A stretch of DNA of 63,128 nt, counting the filler, from Conidiobolus incongruus B7586 (Eukaryota): assembly GCA_000697335.1 (NCBI GenBank). It is 7 parts of 7 records of this genome, joined end to end, with 100 filler letters (N's around TTAATTAATTAA, not from the genome) between each part and the next. Parts side by side here need not be neighbours in the genome. Positions count along the whole stretch, not along the records: positions 1 to 6,482 come from JNEM01006030.1; positions 6,583 to 12,933 come from JNEM01006031.1; positions 13,034 to 26,589 come from JNEM01006033.1; 4 more parts are not named here. One strand, written 5' to 3'. How positions within the stretch are numbered: position 1 is the stretch's first letter; each line of letters starts with the position of its first letter. Positions 1-13,682 of this stretch are shown here, piece by piece. A program made the translations under genes and the position numbers. Under the pieces are notes generated by a model, which was given only the letters and a program-made list of their open reading frames with translations, was not told the DNA's origin and made no database searches.

Positions 1-1829
1 AAAAATGAATTATTAAATAATTATAATTCAACTTAATAAGAATATAATAGTTAAATTATATCTATATTTAATAATTCATTTATTATTTAATTAAATTAAT
101 ATTAATTTTTTAATAAAAAATATATTTAAATGAAATAATAGTTGAATTCTCCTTTTTATTAAATACTCTATATATATTAAAAAGTCTTGATATTCAAATA
201 TATATTTATGATTATTCAAGTAATATATAGTATAAAAATTAAATTTAGAAACAAATTAATATTTTGAGTATAAATTAAGCAATATTGAAAATTTATTAGC
301 AAATTAATAATGCAATTTTAAGTTTGATAGTTGAAGATTATAATGTTAAATAAATGTTATATTGTATATATCCATAATTTAAGTTTAGTAAAGTTTTTTA
401 AAAACTAATTTCCTACCAATAACTTTGAATAAATAATTTTTGTAATAATTAAAAAAATTAAATTAATAATGGTGTTAATAATTGGTAAAAATTTCAGTTT
501 ATATGCATAACTCATATTTTAAGTTTTAAGAAAATAAATTCTAAATATATTTATCCAAACTAGTAGATGTTTTGTATAAATTTCAGGGTATTGATAGATT
601 CAAAATAGAAATTAAAGAAGAATATCGAAATATTTAAGAAATAAGCTCTTATTATGATAGCAAATAATATTAATGAGATAATAATTAAAAATTCTTTTTA
701 AATTATACAATGTCAATCATGAATTATCAAATTTTGAATTATTTTCTATTAATATAATATAATCCTTTATAAAAGCAGAATTAAAGATGAATACAATTAA
801 AGAGAAATAGATTTTCCAATTTTAACAAAGTAAAACAGAGATTGTATGTTATTATTTCATATTATGAAAAAATAATATATGAGTTATATATATTTCATCA
901 TAGTTGTTGACAAAGCGTTGTTAAACAGTATTGTTGAACATATTTCAGTCAATCAAAAAATAGATGTTATAATATGAAAAACTTACGTTTTTAATTTTAA
1001 TTAATCATTAAAAAAATAAATTGGATATTTTTAACAATATTCATATACTTTATTAAAAAAATTTATATAATTTTTTATTATTTAATTTTATGCTGTATGT
1101 AAACTTATTAAAACAATTCTAAATTTAATTGAGAAATAAAAAGTATGAGTAATATTTATTTTGATTTGATATCCAATAAGTATAAACAATATGGCGAATA
1201 TAAAATCATAATTTTTATTATATTATACTTAAAAAAACTATTGTACTAAACAAATCATAAACCTTGATAAATGATTTATTACAAAAGATAAAGTGCTTGG
1301 AAGAAAAAAAATCAAAACCATCATTAAAAATACTAAAGCAATAATTTTAACGGAATATTATTAATTTTTAATAATTCAATGAAAAACCTTAGTTTATAAA
1401 TAATTATAGTATGATTTAAATAGATAAAATTATTAAAATATCAGTTATTGAAAAAAACTGGTCTTTATTACCTGTTCTCTATATTCAACCAGTATTAATC
1501 CCTTTGAATATGATGGCTTTAGTAGGTTGAAAATTTTGAGTTGGGGAAGTGATTTAATGACATTTCAACTTGGTACTTTAATAGTAAAGGCTTACTATTG
1601 AAGATAAACTCTATTCAAACTATGTAAAGGAGTTAAGAAATTATCATTAAAAGGAATAGTGTTTTTGAAAGAGGATCTTATTAATCATTATAATTACATT
1701 ACTTTTGCTTTTACCTTTTATATTTTATTTGAATAACAATACAAAAATATGGAACTTATTTTTTTAATCTGTGCAAATTAAATGTTAGATATTTAGCTTA
1801 TATTTGAAACTTCAATTTCAATTGATCAA

Positions 1830-2170
1830 ACTATCGCGGATCGGGAGGTCTGCAGGCCAGTCAATTTTAATCTTTCGTCTTTATCCCGAACGCAATACAC
1901 ACTCAGGCACTTTACACAATCATTGTACAATGCGAAATTCTGGACAACGACTACAAATGGTGTTTCAATGCACTCGCCAAGGAATGATAGCACTATAAAA
2001 TCGTCACTGAGCACACATTTGCTTGGAGATCATCTCGATTAGGGCCAAGCCCTACATTTTGATATTTTAATAAAACCATTTAAAGTATCCCGTTAGCCAC
2101 CCTTGGCTCGTTTTATCGAATCTGCTTGATCCTTATTGCAAGGCTACCTTCCAGCAGACCTGCAATACCA
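1830..2170 (+). mobile_element. GC-richer island, probably a degenerate non-LTR retrotransposon or other pseudogene fragment
   Basis: Local GC is clearly above the flanks. One + frame reads YRGSGGLQASQF*SFVFIPNAIH...ILDNDYKWCFNALAKE**...LGSFYRICL with several stops; the GGL and SFY motifs loosely resemble the region downstream of LINE RT domains. Confidence 0.25.
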
Positions 2171-5019
2171 AATATTATAGTTAAAAATTTCTAATATTTA
2201 TTTAATTTATTCGATTATAAAATAAATTTAAGTATGATGATAGCTATTAAATATTATTATAATAAATTAATATATTTGATAACCTTCCCAAAATGATAAA
2301 ATTCAATTATAATAATATTACTAGAATTTCTATATAGAAGTCATTTTTAAACTAAGTTATATTTTATCAATGATTCATTAATATTTATTTTATATATAGT
2401 TATAGCTATCGCTGGACAATTATAAGATAAATATATTATTATGAATTTTTTTAAATACTTTGAATTAATGAATTTAATTAGTTGTAATATTATAAATAAA
2501 TAGTGGAAAAAATTGTAATAATATTAGTAAATATATTTTCAATAAACTTAAAATTTAAAATATTATATTATATATTATATTTGTAAATTAAAATTATATT
2601 CTTAAATTGGTATATAAAAAATAAACTCAATCTGATTGAGTTAATTTATTCAATATTTTGAATATATCACTCATATAAAATTAAAATATCGGTGAATCAA
2701 CTTTAAATGATAAAATTAGTCAAGTTTCTTGCCTCTTTATTACTTCAGTAAGGTTCAACTCTATAAAAATAAAATAGAAAATGATAACTGAGAAATAGAT
2801 CATATTTGATGAGTTAATCGGTTGGCCTATTTTTATTATGACAATCATGTTGAATTGTTATTAAACAAAATAAATAATATTTCAAGGTTAGAGTTAAGAA
2901 CTTTATACAAACTCTATCAAATATTTGTCCCAGATAATATAATACATTACAATATAGGAACATTATCTATTTTGAAAATTAATAAGATATGCATGAGATT
3001 ATAGTAATACTATACAAAATATCAATTAATGGATATCAATATTAAGTATAATAAAATCTAATGAATATAGAGTAAAAACAACTATATGTTAGATTATAAT
3101 ACATTAATTAATGGTTCAGTTTATATGACAATAAAATTTGCTATGATCAGAATCAACTAATTTTTAGAATATTGTAATAATATGGTTTCTAATTAAAGGC
3201 CAATATGAAGATTGTTAACTATTTAGTACTTTGATTATTTATATCAAAGTTAAATATAAAATACAAAAGGTATCATGAAATATAATAATCGCCAATTTGA
3301 CTGATTTTAATCTAATTGATAATATCTCGATAATGCTTAAGTTGATGCATAATTTAGTTATTCTTCAACATTCAACATTTTGATATTTGGATATATTTAT
3401 CAAAAATAATAATCAATATTAATAAAATTGTGAAAATACAATATGTTGGACATTTATATCCTTATATATGAATATCTTTATGATATTTTTCTAGTTTTAA
3501 TATATACTCTAATATTTTTTAATAAACCATGAACTTATCTACCTATAATAGTGTTGTTATTAACAATTCCAATTTTCGTTGGATCGATGAATAACAAAAA
3601 TTGAGAATGTTATTTAATTTTTTATTATATTTTTATAAATATTCAAATGTTTATTCGCACAATATTTCTTATGTTTTTAATTTCAAAATATCTAAAATAA
3701 TAAATGAAATCAAATTATAATTCATATTAACAATACTTTTACCTTGTTTTTTAATTGAAATATTTTCCTAAAACTTAAAATATAAATGAATTCATTATCA
3801 TGAATATATTGAATTCAAATTTGATACTAACAAACGTTATGTAAAATGTTGAATATGCAATCATTATATTTAAATCCAGTATCTGATATCATATGAAAAT
3901 ATAATAAATTTCTCTATAAATTAATTGGAATTTTAGAATAAAATTCATTTAAATGAATTGTTAGGAGACTGGAGCCTCTACTCTCATTAGGTATCCTTAT
4001 ATCGACTCAATATAATAATAATCATTCTTCCCTTGTATACAGCTTCACTTAATCTTCATTCGCTGATTGGCATTTTAGCCAAGTAACCACAATAACTCCT
4101 AAATCACTTTGCCTGATCGAGATGATATAAACCTGGAATTTTGATAATTCATAATAAAATCAACCCGAACTGGGACTCCTCCACTATTAGACAGAATAAA
4201 TGAAACTCCTTTCAATCCATCTTATAGCTGAATATCCCGGATAACACTACTTACTAATTCTGATCAGAGCATTACTTCCTCATATGGTGATAGTGTAATG
4301 ATGTGTTTAATATATACCTTTCTTTAGATTTTAATACATTGTTTTAGTAATACTATATACTAAATTTGTTGTAATGCCCGAACTTGTTAAAGTAATTCTG
4401 AGAATAAATTAGTCGATTTATCTGAAGATTAATTTAAAAAAATCATTATCGGAATTATACAAAACTATTCAAATATTTGAAAAATATGAGTAAACTTGAG
4501 TATTGTAAAAACAATTTGAATTCTTGAAATATTGAATATGATTTAATATAACTAAAAATTTCTAAAGAATTATTAAATTGAAATAATCTATAAATGGCAA
4601 TGAAATAGTTTGCGGATAAATTCAATCAATTTTTGAATTGATGTTAGATATGGTTTTAAAATAGAAATTATTGTACCGAGATTTCCACGCGAAATAACAT
4701 AATTAAAATTCAACTGTCAATGATGCTTATATTTACAAAGCAAAACAATCTAATAACAACAGTAAGTTGAATATTGAACATTTCTATTAAGATAATATTA
4801 ATATAATTTATTATTATTGTTAGATGAATTTAATATAAAATTATATCTATAGCTATTAAATATAAAACATCCCATAAAACAAATAGTTTTAAATTGTTTA
4901 TATATCAAAAGGTTATGTGAATTTTAATAAAAATCTATAATGTTTTTATTTATAATTTCAATGCAAAATTTATAATGTTTATAAATCGATAATAAATTAC
5001 AAATGATATTTCAAAAAAT

Positions 5020-5023
<4 letters not shown>

Positions 5024-5059
<36 letters not shown>
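5024..5059. repeat. (ATT)12 microsatellite
   Basis: Perfect trinucleotide run seen directly. Confidence 0.95.
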
Positions 5060-5664
5060 GATTTACAAGTTATTACGGTAAAATATATATATTACATTAA
5101 CTAACTATCAACCATAATAATAACAATCCATAATTAATAGTTATGAAAATTAGATTTATTTATCATGTTGCTATGGATAATTATAATTCAATTATCAACA
5201 ATCCCAATTTGGAGTTAAATTAACTCAATATTGAAATTTTAGTCAAAGCATTAATTATCACAGTTATTTGAAATCAATGATTAAAATTCATGAATACAAT
5301 CAATCAAAATCAAAAATTTTTCCTAAAGTTTGAATATTAATCAAATTCAAGCATTAATTTTGATTTACAACTTCTTCGATGATTTTCTTAAACTGAACTT
5401 TGAAAATATTGTTAATTGGAATCCAGTTCGTTGGTCCTATTTTGTGATTAGAATTAATTCATTGAGATTATTATTACATTACCGCAAATCGGTGATTAAT
5501 AAGAATTTGAAGTATTTACTACCAAATTGGTGGTTATAGTTATAATTCATTTGCATTTGATTATATAAATCTTTAGTTTTATGCTAAGCAGTGTAATCAA
5601 CCTTATAACTAACCAAATCAAACTCTAATATTTTATTAATACAAAAACTGATTTATTTGATACA

Positions 5665-6482
5665 ATGTCTGCTCATACTAATTAGAACAACTTAATTGCC
5701 AACGCTATTTCTCAATTTCCAAGTTTATTGGGCCAGTAATCTAGTGAAAAGTCCGAATTGAACTCTTCTATTATCAACTAATGTCCAGTTTAATTCCCAA
5801 AAATTTAAGGATCGAGATGATAGCTTGAATGTCACTCGCGTTCCTTTCTTGTAAGCTACTTGAGCTCATTTAATCGCTGGTTATATGGGACAATCCGATG
5901 TTATATTCTCTCAAATTGATGAAGATATCACTTTACCTTATCGTATTCAATTGGATCAGTTTTCTACTCCAAAGGAATTAATTCAACGCCTGGAGCAAAT
6001 TAACACCGAGCGCGACAATCACTTAGAATCCGTTTCCGATATTCCTAACGAAGAAAAGCTCGGAATTACTACTCTTCTTGTTTTGCCTGGAGCTGAACCC
6101 AAAACTAATTTCTCTAAATACTCTTTAGTTGCTCATGTCGAATGTGAAGGAGATGTTTTCAAATTGGACTTGCATTCCAATACTGAATTGTTAAGTGAAT
6201 CTCACCTGTCTTTAATTGCTGAACAATTAACTCATTTCGTCAATTACTTCATCGATAACCTGAACTCTCCCATCAATCTTAAATTGGCTCAATCTTCAAA
6301 TAACAACAATTTCAACAGTAAATTGTACTCAATTATTCCCTCCCAAGATCCCAAGGCTCTCGGTTATGATGAAGAATTACAATATTTACACTCTGGATTG
6401 GAAAAACATGCTAAATCTCACCCCAATCTCAAATGTTTGAGATTCTTGCACGAAATTAACGAAAATGGGGAGCTTAATGTGA
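5665..6482 (+). pseudogene. NRPS-like gene 5' end (degenerate condensation domain then start of adenylation domain, ferrichrome/SidC-like); 5' part disrupted, 3' part cut by the gap
   Basis: FL*AT*AHLIAGYMGQSDVIF matches the C-domain motif llQaaWa.ll..y.g..DVvF; TLPYRIQL follows; LHSGLEKHAKSHP is an A-domain start. Stops at 5683, 5737, 5852 and 5861 plus a frameshift; open from 5864 to the gap. Confidence 0.6.
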
Positions 6483-6582
6483 NNNNNNNNNNNNNNNNNN
6501 NNNNNNNNNNNNNNNNNNNNNNNNNNTTAATTAATTAANNNNNNNNNNNNNNNNNNNNNNNNNNNNNNNNNNNNNNNNNNNN
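6483..6582. other. Artificial contig spacer (N-run / TTAATTAATTAA / N-run, 100 bp)
   Basis: Six-frame stop linker, identical at 12934-13033, 26590-26689, 46374-46473, 47959-48058 and 51244-51343. Confidence 0.98.
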
Positions 6583-8251
6583 GATCTTTGTGGGATAAGA
6601 GGTAACCAGCTGTAATGAAATCCTGAATGGCAGCAATGAGGGGCTCACCATTACGAGGGGTAACTAAATTGTTTTTGACACCCATCAATTCCATAGCTTC
6701 AATTCTAGCTTCTTCAGTTTGAGGAGCATGTAAATTCATTTCATCACCATCAAAATCGGCATTGTATGGATTACAAACACATTCATTTAATCTGAAAGTA
6801 CGGTGAGGTCTGACTTTGACAAAGTGGGACATGATACTCAAACGATGGAGAGAGGGCTGACGATTAAATAACACAATGTCATCATCTTTCAAATGGCGCT
6901 CAACAATATCACCAAATCTCAAATTCTTAGCAATTTCTTCTCTATTACCAAATTTTAACGATTTTTTACTTCCATCTAAGAATTGAACAAAGTTGGCACC
7001 AGGATGTTGTGTTGGACCATTGCGAATAGCTTTTCTCAAACGTTTAATATTAAAGTCATTGACTTTTTCGGGGTAAGTCAAAATTTTGGCAACAAGCTCT
7101 GGTACTGCAACTTGATCGATTCTCAAATTGGGATCGGGAGAAATAACAGTTCTTCCAGTAAAGTTAACACGCTTACCACTTAAATTTCCTCTAAAACGAC
7201 CCTGTTTACCCTTAAGACGCTGACAGAATGCTTTGATGGGCCTACCGATACTGGCTAAACTCACACCGGGTACTTCACCATTAATGTACATACCAACAGA
7301 GAGCTGAAGATTTTCCCAAAGGTCCATGAGGTAATTGGCGCTTGCACCTTTCTCTAGTCCAGCTTTAATCAATGCATTTATATGAACAATTTCGGTTAAT
7401 TTTATAGTAAGGTCATCTTCGTTGGAAGCTCCATCACGCTCAACAGATGGACGAATACAAACAGGTGGAACAGGAATACAAGTCCAAAGCAATTTTTCAG
7501 GTCTTCCTTTGTCAGGATCCAATCCCAATAATTCACAGTCTTCAGCCGGAATTGCTCTAAACAATTTATGAACCTTAAGTGGATTCAGATCATCTTGAGC
7601 TTTGTTTAAATGAGGCCGAATTTCAGGCTGGAGATCTTCAGCTTTCTTAAAAGTCTCTTTGAATTGTGCATATTCTTCAACAATTTCCTTGGTTTTAGAG
7701 CGGTATTTTTCGTGAATAGGCTTTAATCCTGCAACCTTCTTAACTACACCATTCGTGCTATTACAATGGGGACATTTACTAACCTTTTTACAACTAGTGA
7801 CGATTGCTTTGATAAAGTTCATTCTCTGCAAATTGTCCAAATTGGGACGTCTCAAGCGACTTAAGAAAGAGCGACGCTCATGCTCGGATAATAATACTCG
7901 ACTGCATGATTTACAAATACATTGAAGAATTTGTACAATGTGACGGAAATAACCCACATGAAATACAGGAAGGACGAGAGGGATGTAGGCATAATGACCA
8001 ATACACTCGGCGGTGGGCAAATGACAAGTAGAACATGTTTTACTCTTATCACCTGTACCCAATCTGGGGTCGAGAACACCATCAGGCTTTAAAGAGCGGT
8101 CAAGTTCAAACAAATCCCTCTGAGTCACTTGAAATTCTCCCATTCGACTAATTTCACCATGAGATAAAACATTGAATTCAATTTGTTTAATCTTTTTCGG
8201 GACCTGATGGACTACGGGGCGTTTTTGTAAAAATCCGGGATCGTGCACCAT
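6583..8251 (-). CDS. RPC1: RNA polymerase III largest subunit (5' part, truncated by gap)
   Basis: N-terminal Zn motif CSTC...CIGH, GKQGRFRGNLSGKRV, LFNRQPSLH and catalytic NADFDGDEMN; the Pol III-type ELMGVKNNLVTPRNGEP is present. Confidence 0.96.
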
Positions 8252-8822
8252 TGTTTAATGTATATAAATATATATAATGTAAAATAAATAAAATTTATTA
8301 ATAATAATAATATAATTTCAATAGTATCTAATTTTAAAAAATTGTTAAAGATTGAAGGTAAAATGTATCATAAAATAATTAAAGAAATATCTTTTCAATT
8401 ATTAATGAATTAAATCTAGTCTAAGTTGAGTAAATTTAGGTGACGAAATTTATTTTACATTAAACATAGATAAAAATAAAATCGGGGGAAAATTTATATT
8501 TAATTCTCAATTATAAAATTATGGGTTAATATATAAAAAACACCAATTTGTTCAACACAACGATTTTAGATTCCTTATTAAGATAATTAATAACTACAAT
8601 TTTCAATAATAGCTTTGACTATATGAATAATGCTCTAAATAATCTATATAACAATATAAAATATTTAATACTAGCTATATCCTTAATTTCAAGATAATCA
8701 TAAAAATCTTTTTAAAAATATCAGCTTTATTCAAAATTCCCATAAAACTAGTATCCAATTCAAAACTATAAATTTTTAAATTTAAAACAATCAATAATCA
8801 AAATCAATCAACTACTATAAAA

Positions 8823-9896
8823 ATGAATCTATATAGCTTAAAAGAATCTGATTTCGTAAAAATTGTAGAATATTTATCAATTCAAGACTTTATCAATTTT
8901 TCTAGCATTAATTCCAAATTTTTAAATTTATTAAATAATGATACCATTTGGAAAAAGTATTAAATAATAATTATTATTTATTCAAATAATGATTAATTTA
9001 TATTTAGTTTTATCTGGGGTTATTATTGGAGTCGTGTTCAAATTGAACAACTTATGGTAGAAAGTGGCTTAAATCAAATTTCTCAGACTCAAGAACCTGA
9101 AAATTGGAAACAATATGCACGTGAAGTTTTTGGAACACCTAACGAAATTAAAGATTTGGAAGTTGCCAGAGAAAAGCTAGAACATTTTCAAAAGGATCCT
9201 TCAGATATCCAATTATTATTAGATGCTACTCATATTGCTTTGAATTGTTTGGGTAATTATATTTGATCTATGACAAAGGATAGAATATTGATTGATTTTT
9301 TAGTGGATCAAAATTTAATGAGTTTTTACACTTTAGCTTTTATTTGCTATATTTTGAATCATCCCAAAAATGCTTTGATAATTTTGGATATGGGATTAGA
9401 ACTAGATAATACTTTTGAACCTCTTTTAGGTAATATTATTTACACATTCAATACATTCTCAACTTATTTATATAAACCGATTATTATAGAATTAAAGAAC
9501 GAAATTCAAATCTTATTCGATCAATTACAAGGCCAAGGCAAAATACCATTAACTGATGGTAACAACTTATCCGAACCCTTCCAAGCCATTTTGACAGAAA
9601 TTTTCCACAAATTCGACAAAGACCAAGACAAGCTTCTCAATTTCAAAGAACTTAACCAATTGATCACAACGATCAATCATGGATCTCAACCACCTGCAGA
9701 ATTTGTTAAACAGATTATTGAACACTTTGCAACCAACAGTCCATCGGCCGTTGCTCTAAAAGGTTTCTATAACTTTTTCTTATATCAAGCATTACAAGAT
9801 CCTGAAGAAATGAGACAAGATTTGAATTCTTTGGGTTATGATCCCAATAGTTTAAAGAAATTAGAGGATATGATGAATGATTTACAAATTAATTAG
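8823..9896 (+). CDS. F-box + TPR-like helical + EF-hand protein; introns 8957-9007, 9253-9303, 9430-9489
   Basis: Exon 1 encodes an F-box-like MNLYSLKESDFVKIVEYLSIQDFINFSSINSKFLNLLNNDTIWK; splicing restores one frame; EF loop DKDQDKLLNFKEL, followed by GF..F...Q...DPEE...DL..LGYD. Confidence 0.75.
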
Positions 9897-10161
9897 TATC
9901 TGAAATCAATCTATAGATCATTTATAAAATTTAAATTATAATTAATATATTCGAATTTAATTGTTTATTATATCAAATTAAATAATTAATCTATACATAT
10001 ATATTATATTTTCGACTATTTAATATTAAAGAAAGATAACAGTGTATATTTCAGAAGATTGAATGATCCCATAATTATTATTAAATAAAAAATCCTTTTA
10101 AAGTTTAAGCCTACAACAGAAATAAATCACATTTAATATACATCATATTAAATATATAATA

Positions 10162-11216
<1,055 letters not shown>

Positions 11217-11559
11217 AAAATTGATTTAATAATATGTCTAAATCATAGAACTATTTAATTTATTCAATAAATTCAATTTAATCTATTTAAGTTAAAAAGC
11301 ATTTTATATGACAAAAATTTTTTATTTAATAAGCTAATTACTATATTTATTTCCCAATTTTATAAATATAATAGAAATATATTCAAATTAAAAAGAAATG
11401 ATTAGATTATCTATAACATTCTTTTAATATAAAAATTTTAAACGCTAAAAAAATCAATAAAAATCCAAGAGATTAGATTAAATCATAATCACCCCAGAGT
11501 AAAAATATGTTTAAAATTAAAATTTATTACTACCCTTTATATAGTTACTAAATTGTAAT

Positions 11560-11884
11560 TTATTGTAAAACTTCACCGGTAACAGGATCGGTATAGGTTC
11601 TAGCCTTCTTCATAATTTCTGCGACGGCGAAGTGCTTCTTCTTGGAGAGAGGTCTACAAGCTTGAATGCGGACAATATCTCCTAAAATACAGGCACCGTG
11701 TTCGTCATGAGCCAAGTAATTTTTATGACTTAACATTTCCTAACAATATATTAGTATGAAAAATTATAAATTTCAATAGAATTACTTTTTGAGTTAATTT
11801 GTGAACTTTTAATCTAGGTACTTTAACCTTAACGGTCTTTTGCATAGCTGTACTAACTACCATTCCGACGAGGTTTTGTCTCAT
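11560..11884 (-). CDS. MRPS17: Mitochondrial ribosomal protein uS17m (1 intron)
   Basis: MRQNLVGMVVSTAMQKTVKVKV...NYLAHDEHGACILGDIVRIQACRPLSKKKHFAVAEI; absent from the ORF track because of the intron. Confidence 0.9.
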
Positions 11885-12793
11885 ATTTGTAATATGCTAT
11901 TTAATAAATAAAAAGGTAATAGAATTCTATATGAGCTGTTAATTTATATATATACTATTATATATATTTGATTTGATAAATGAATTTATAATAATGAGAA
12001 TTGGAGTGGAGAAAATATTTAAATTTAGATTTCTTTTTACTAAATTATGGGATTCTGAGTGAACAATATTATATTGAACTACAATTTTGAATTAAAGGCA
12101 AATATTAAACAATGCTTGTATTGAAAATTAAAAGTTCAAAAATTATAACTAACTACTATGTTGCTTTTGACACTACAAATAAAAATCACATTTATTTCAT
12201 ATAATGATATAAATTTGATAATATGTGATTAAAATAATGCACTTTATAAAAGTTGTCGTTAATAAAACAAAATATTAGTCTAGTAAAATCAATTCAGGTA
12301 ATGATATTACATAAAAATTTTAAATAATAACAATATTTATATCTTAATTATATAATTATGAATTTACATCAATTAGTATTTTGAAATTTTTCTTCTTTGA
12401 GACTATCAATTTATTTAAACAACTATGTTTTCAATAATTAAATACCAGTTTACAAAATATTAATATTTTCATTTTCTCAAAGATATATATTTAATTTATA
12501 ATTATGTTCTTAATGATATTAAGAGACTTTAAGTTAATTAATTATAATTGAAGCAAAAATAGCTATTCTGACAATTTAGTTATATGAAATTTTTAATAAC
12601 TTTGGTAATGAAAATTAAAGTTTAAAATTAAAAAACTCAAATTATTTAAAATAATAACTATTAATTTAAAAAGAAAAAAATGGTAAATATTTTATTTTCT
12701 GTTTTTTCAAATATATTGGTAGTTTTAAAAAAATCATATAAAGTATATATAAGAATTAATAATTTAATACTATATATACTTATAGTTATTTAT

Positions 12794-12933
12794 ATCATTT
12801 AAATATTCTTATATAAAAATTTCTGTTAAATTTAATTATACTAAAATAATAATTATTAAAAGTCTTTTGTTTTTGTATTATTACCTTATATTTAAAAATG
12901 GAAAATTTTTTAATTTCTAATTTTTCAAATATA
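12794..12933 (+). repeat. Third copy of the AT-rich repeat that flanks the ABC pseudogene; runs into the gap
   Basis: ATCATTTAAATATT...TTACCTTATATTTAAAAATGGAAAATTTTTTAATTTCTAATTTTTCAAATATA aligns by eye with 50456-50627 (ATCATTGAAATATT...TTACCTTGAATTTAAAATAATGGGAAATTTTTTAATTTTTGATTTTTCAAACATA). Confidence 0.65.
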
Positions 12934-13033
12934 NNNNNNNNNNNNNNNNNNNNNNNNNNNNNNNNNNNNNNNNNNNNTTAATTAATTAANNNNNNNNNNN
13001 NNNNNNNNNNNNNNNNNNNNNNNNNNNNNNNNN

Positions 13034-13682
13034 CAGAAGCTTCAAGACGTCTCAAGTAGTTATCCAAGGGACCAGATTCACCCAAGTACTTGACGTGGGA
13101 ACCATCGGGTTGGAGACGACCAGCTTGACGAGCGGCGATGTAGTCGGCACGATCGAGCTTGGTGAAACCCCACTTCTTGGAGATAACGATCTTTTGTTGA
13201 CCAGGGAACTTGTACTTGCAACGACGGAGACCTTCGACGACGACGGCCTTGTTGGCATCCTTGGTACGGACAGACAAGAGGATTTGGCCAATGTCGACAC
13301 GAGCGACGACACCGTTGGGCTTACCGAAAGCACCTCTCATACCGGTTTGCAATCTATCAGCACCGGCACAGGACAACATCTTGTTGATACGGATAACGTG
13401 GTAGGGGTGGACACGAATACGCATGTGGAAAGAGTCCTTACCAGACATCTTGGTGATGTACTTGTTAGCACAGATACGAGCAGCTTCCAAAGCTTCAGAG
13501 GAAAGTTGTTCGTATTCGTTGGAGATCAAGTGGACACACAAGGGGAATTCATCGACACCAGCCTTCTTACGACCTAAATCGTAAATTCTGATCTTAGGAT
13601 CGGGAACACCACGGCAGTAACGAGACTTGGGGTAAGGCTTGTTTTTACAATAACGATAACAACGAGCAGGACGACGACCCAT
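13034..13682 (-). CDS. RPL10: 60S ribosomal protein L10 (uL16); last codons lost in the gap
   Basis: [21 protein letters not shown]...[24 protein letters not shown]; strong codon bias. Confidence 0.99.

Noticed and set aside
3990..4000. U12-type donor-like GTATCCTT (also ATATCCTT at ~8677, ~32040, ~43640)
   Set aside because: All lie outside genes; the introns I traced in intact genes are ordinary GT-AG.
5665..5863. TAA/TAG at Gln-like and TGA at Trp positions, suggesting a variant genetic code
   Set aside because: Intact genes here end in TAA or TAG and have no internal stops; these stops occur only with frameshifts in decayed sequences.
6527..6538. Recurrent TTAATTAATTAA as a biological repeat or CRISPR-like unit
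   Set aside because: Always embedded in N-runs; it is an assembly linker.
13052..13577. Long alternative-frame and antisense ORFs over RPL10 (similar ones over SERCA, HSP90, PAB1, BIO2)
   Set aside because: Expected shadows of strong codon bias in highly expressed genes; no recognisable protein features.
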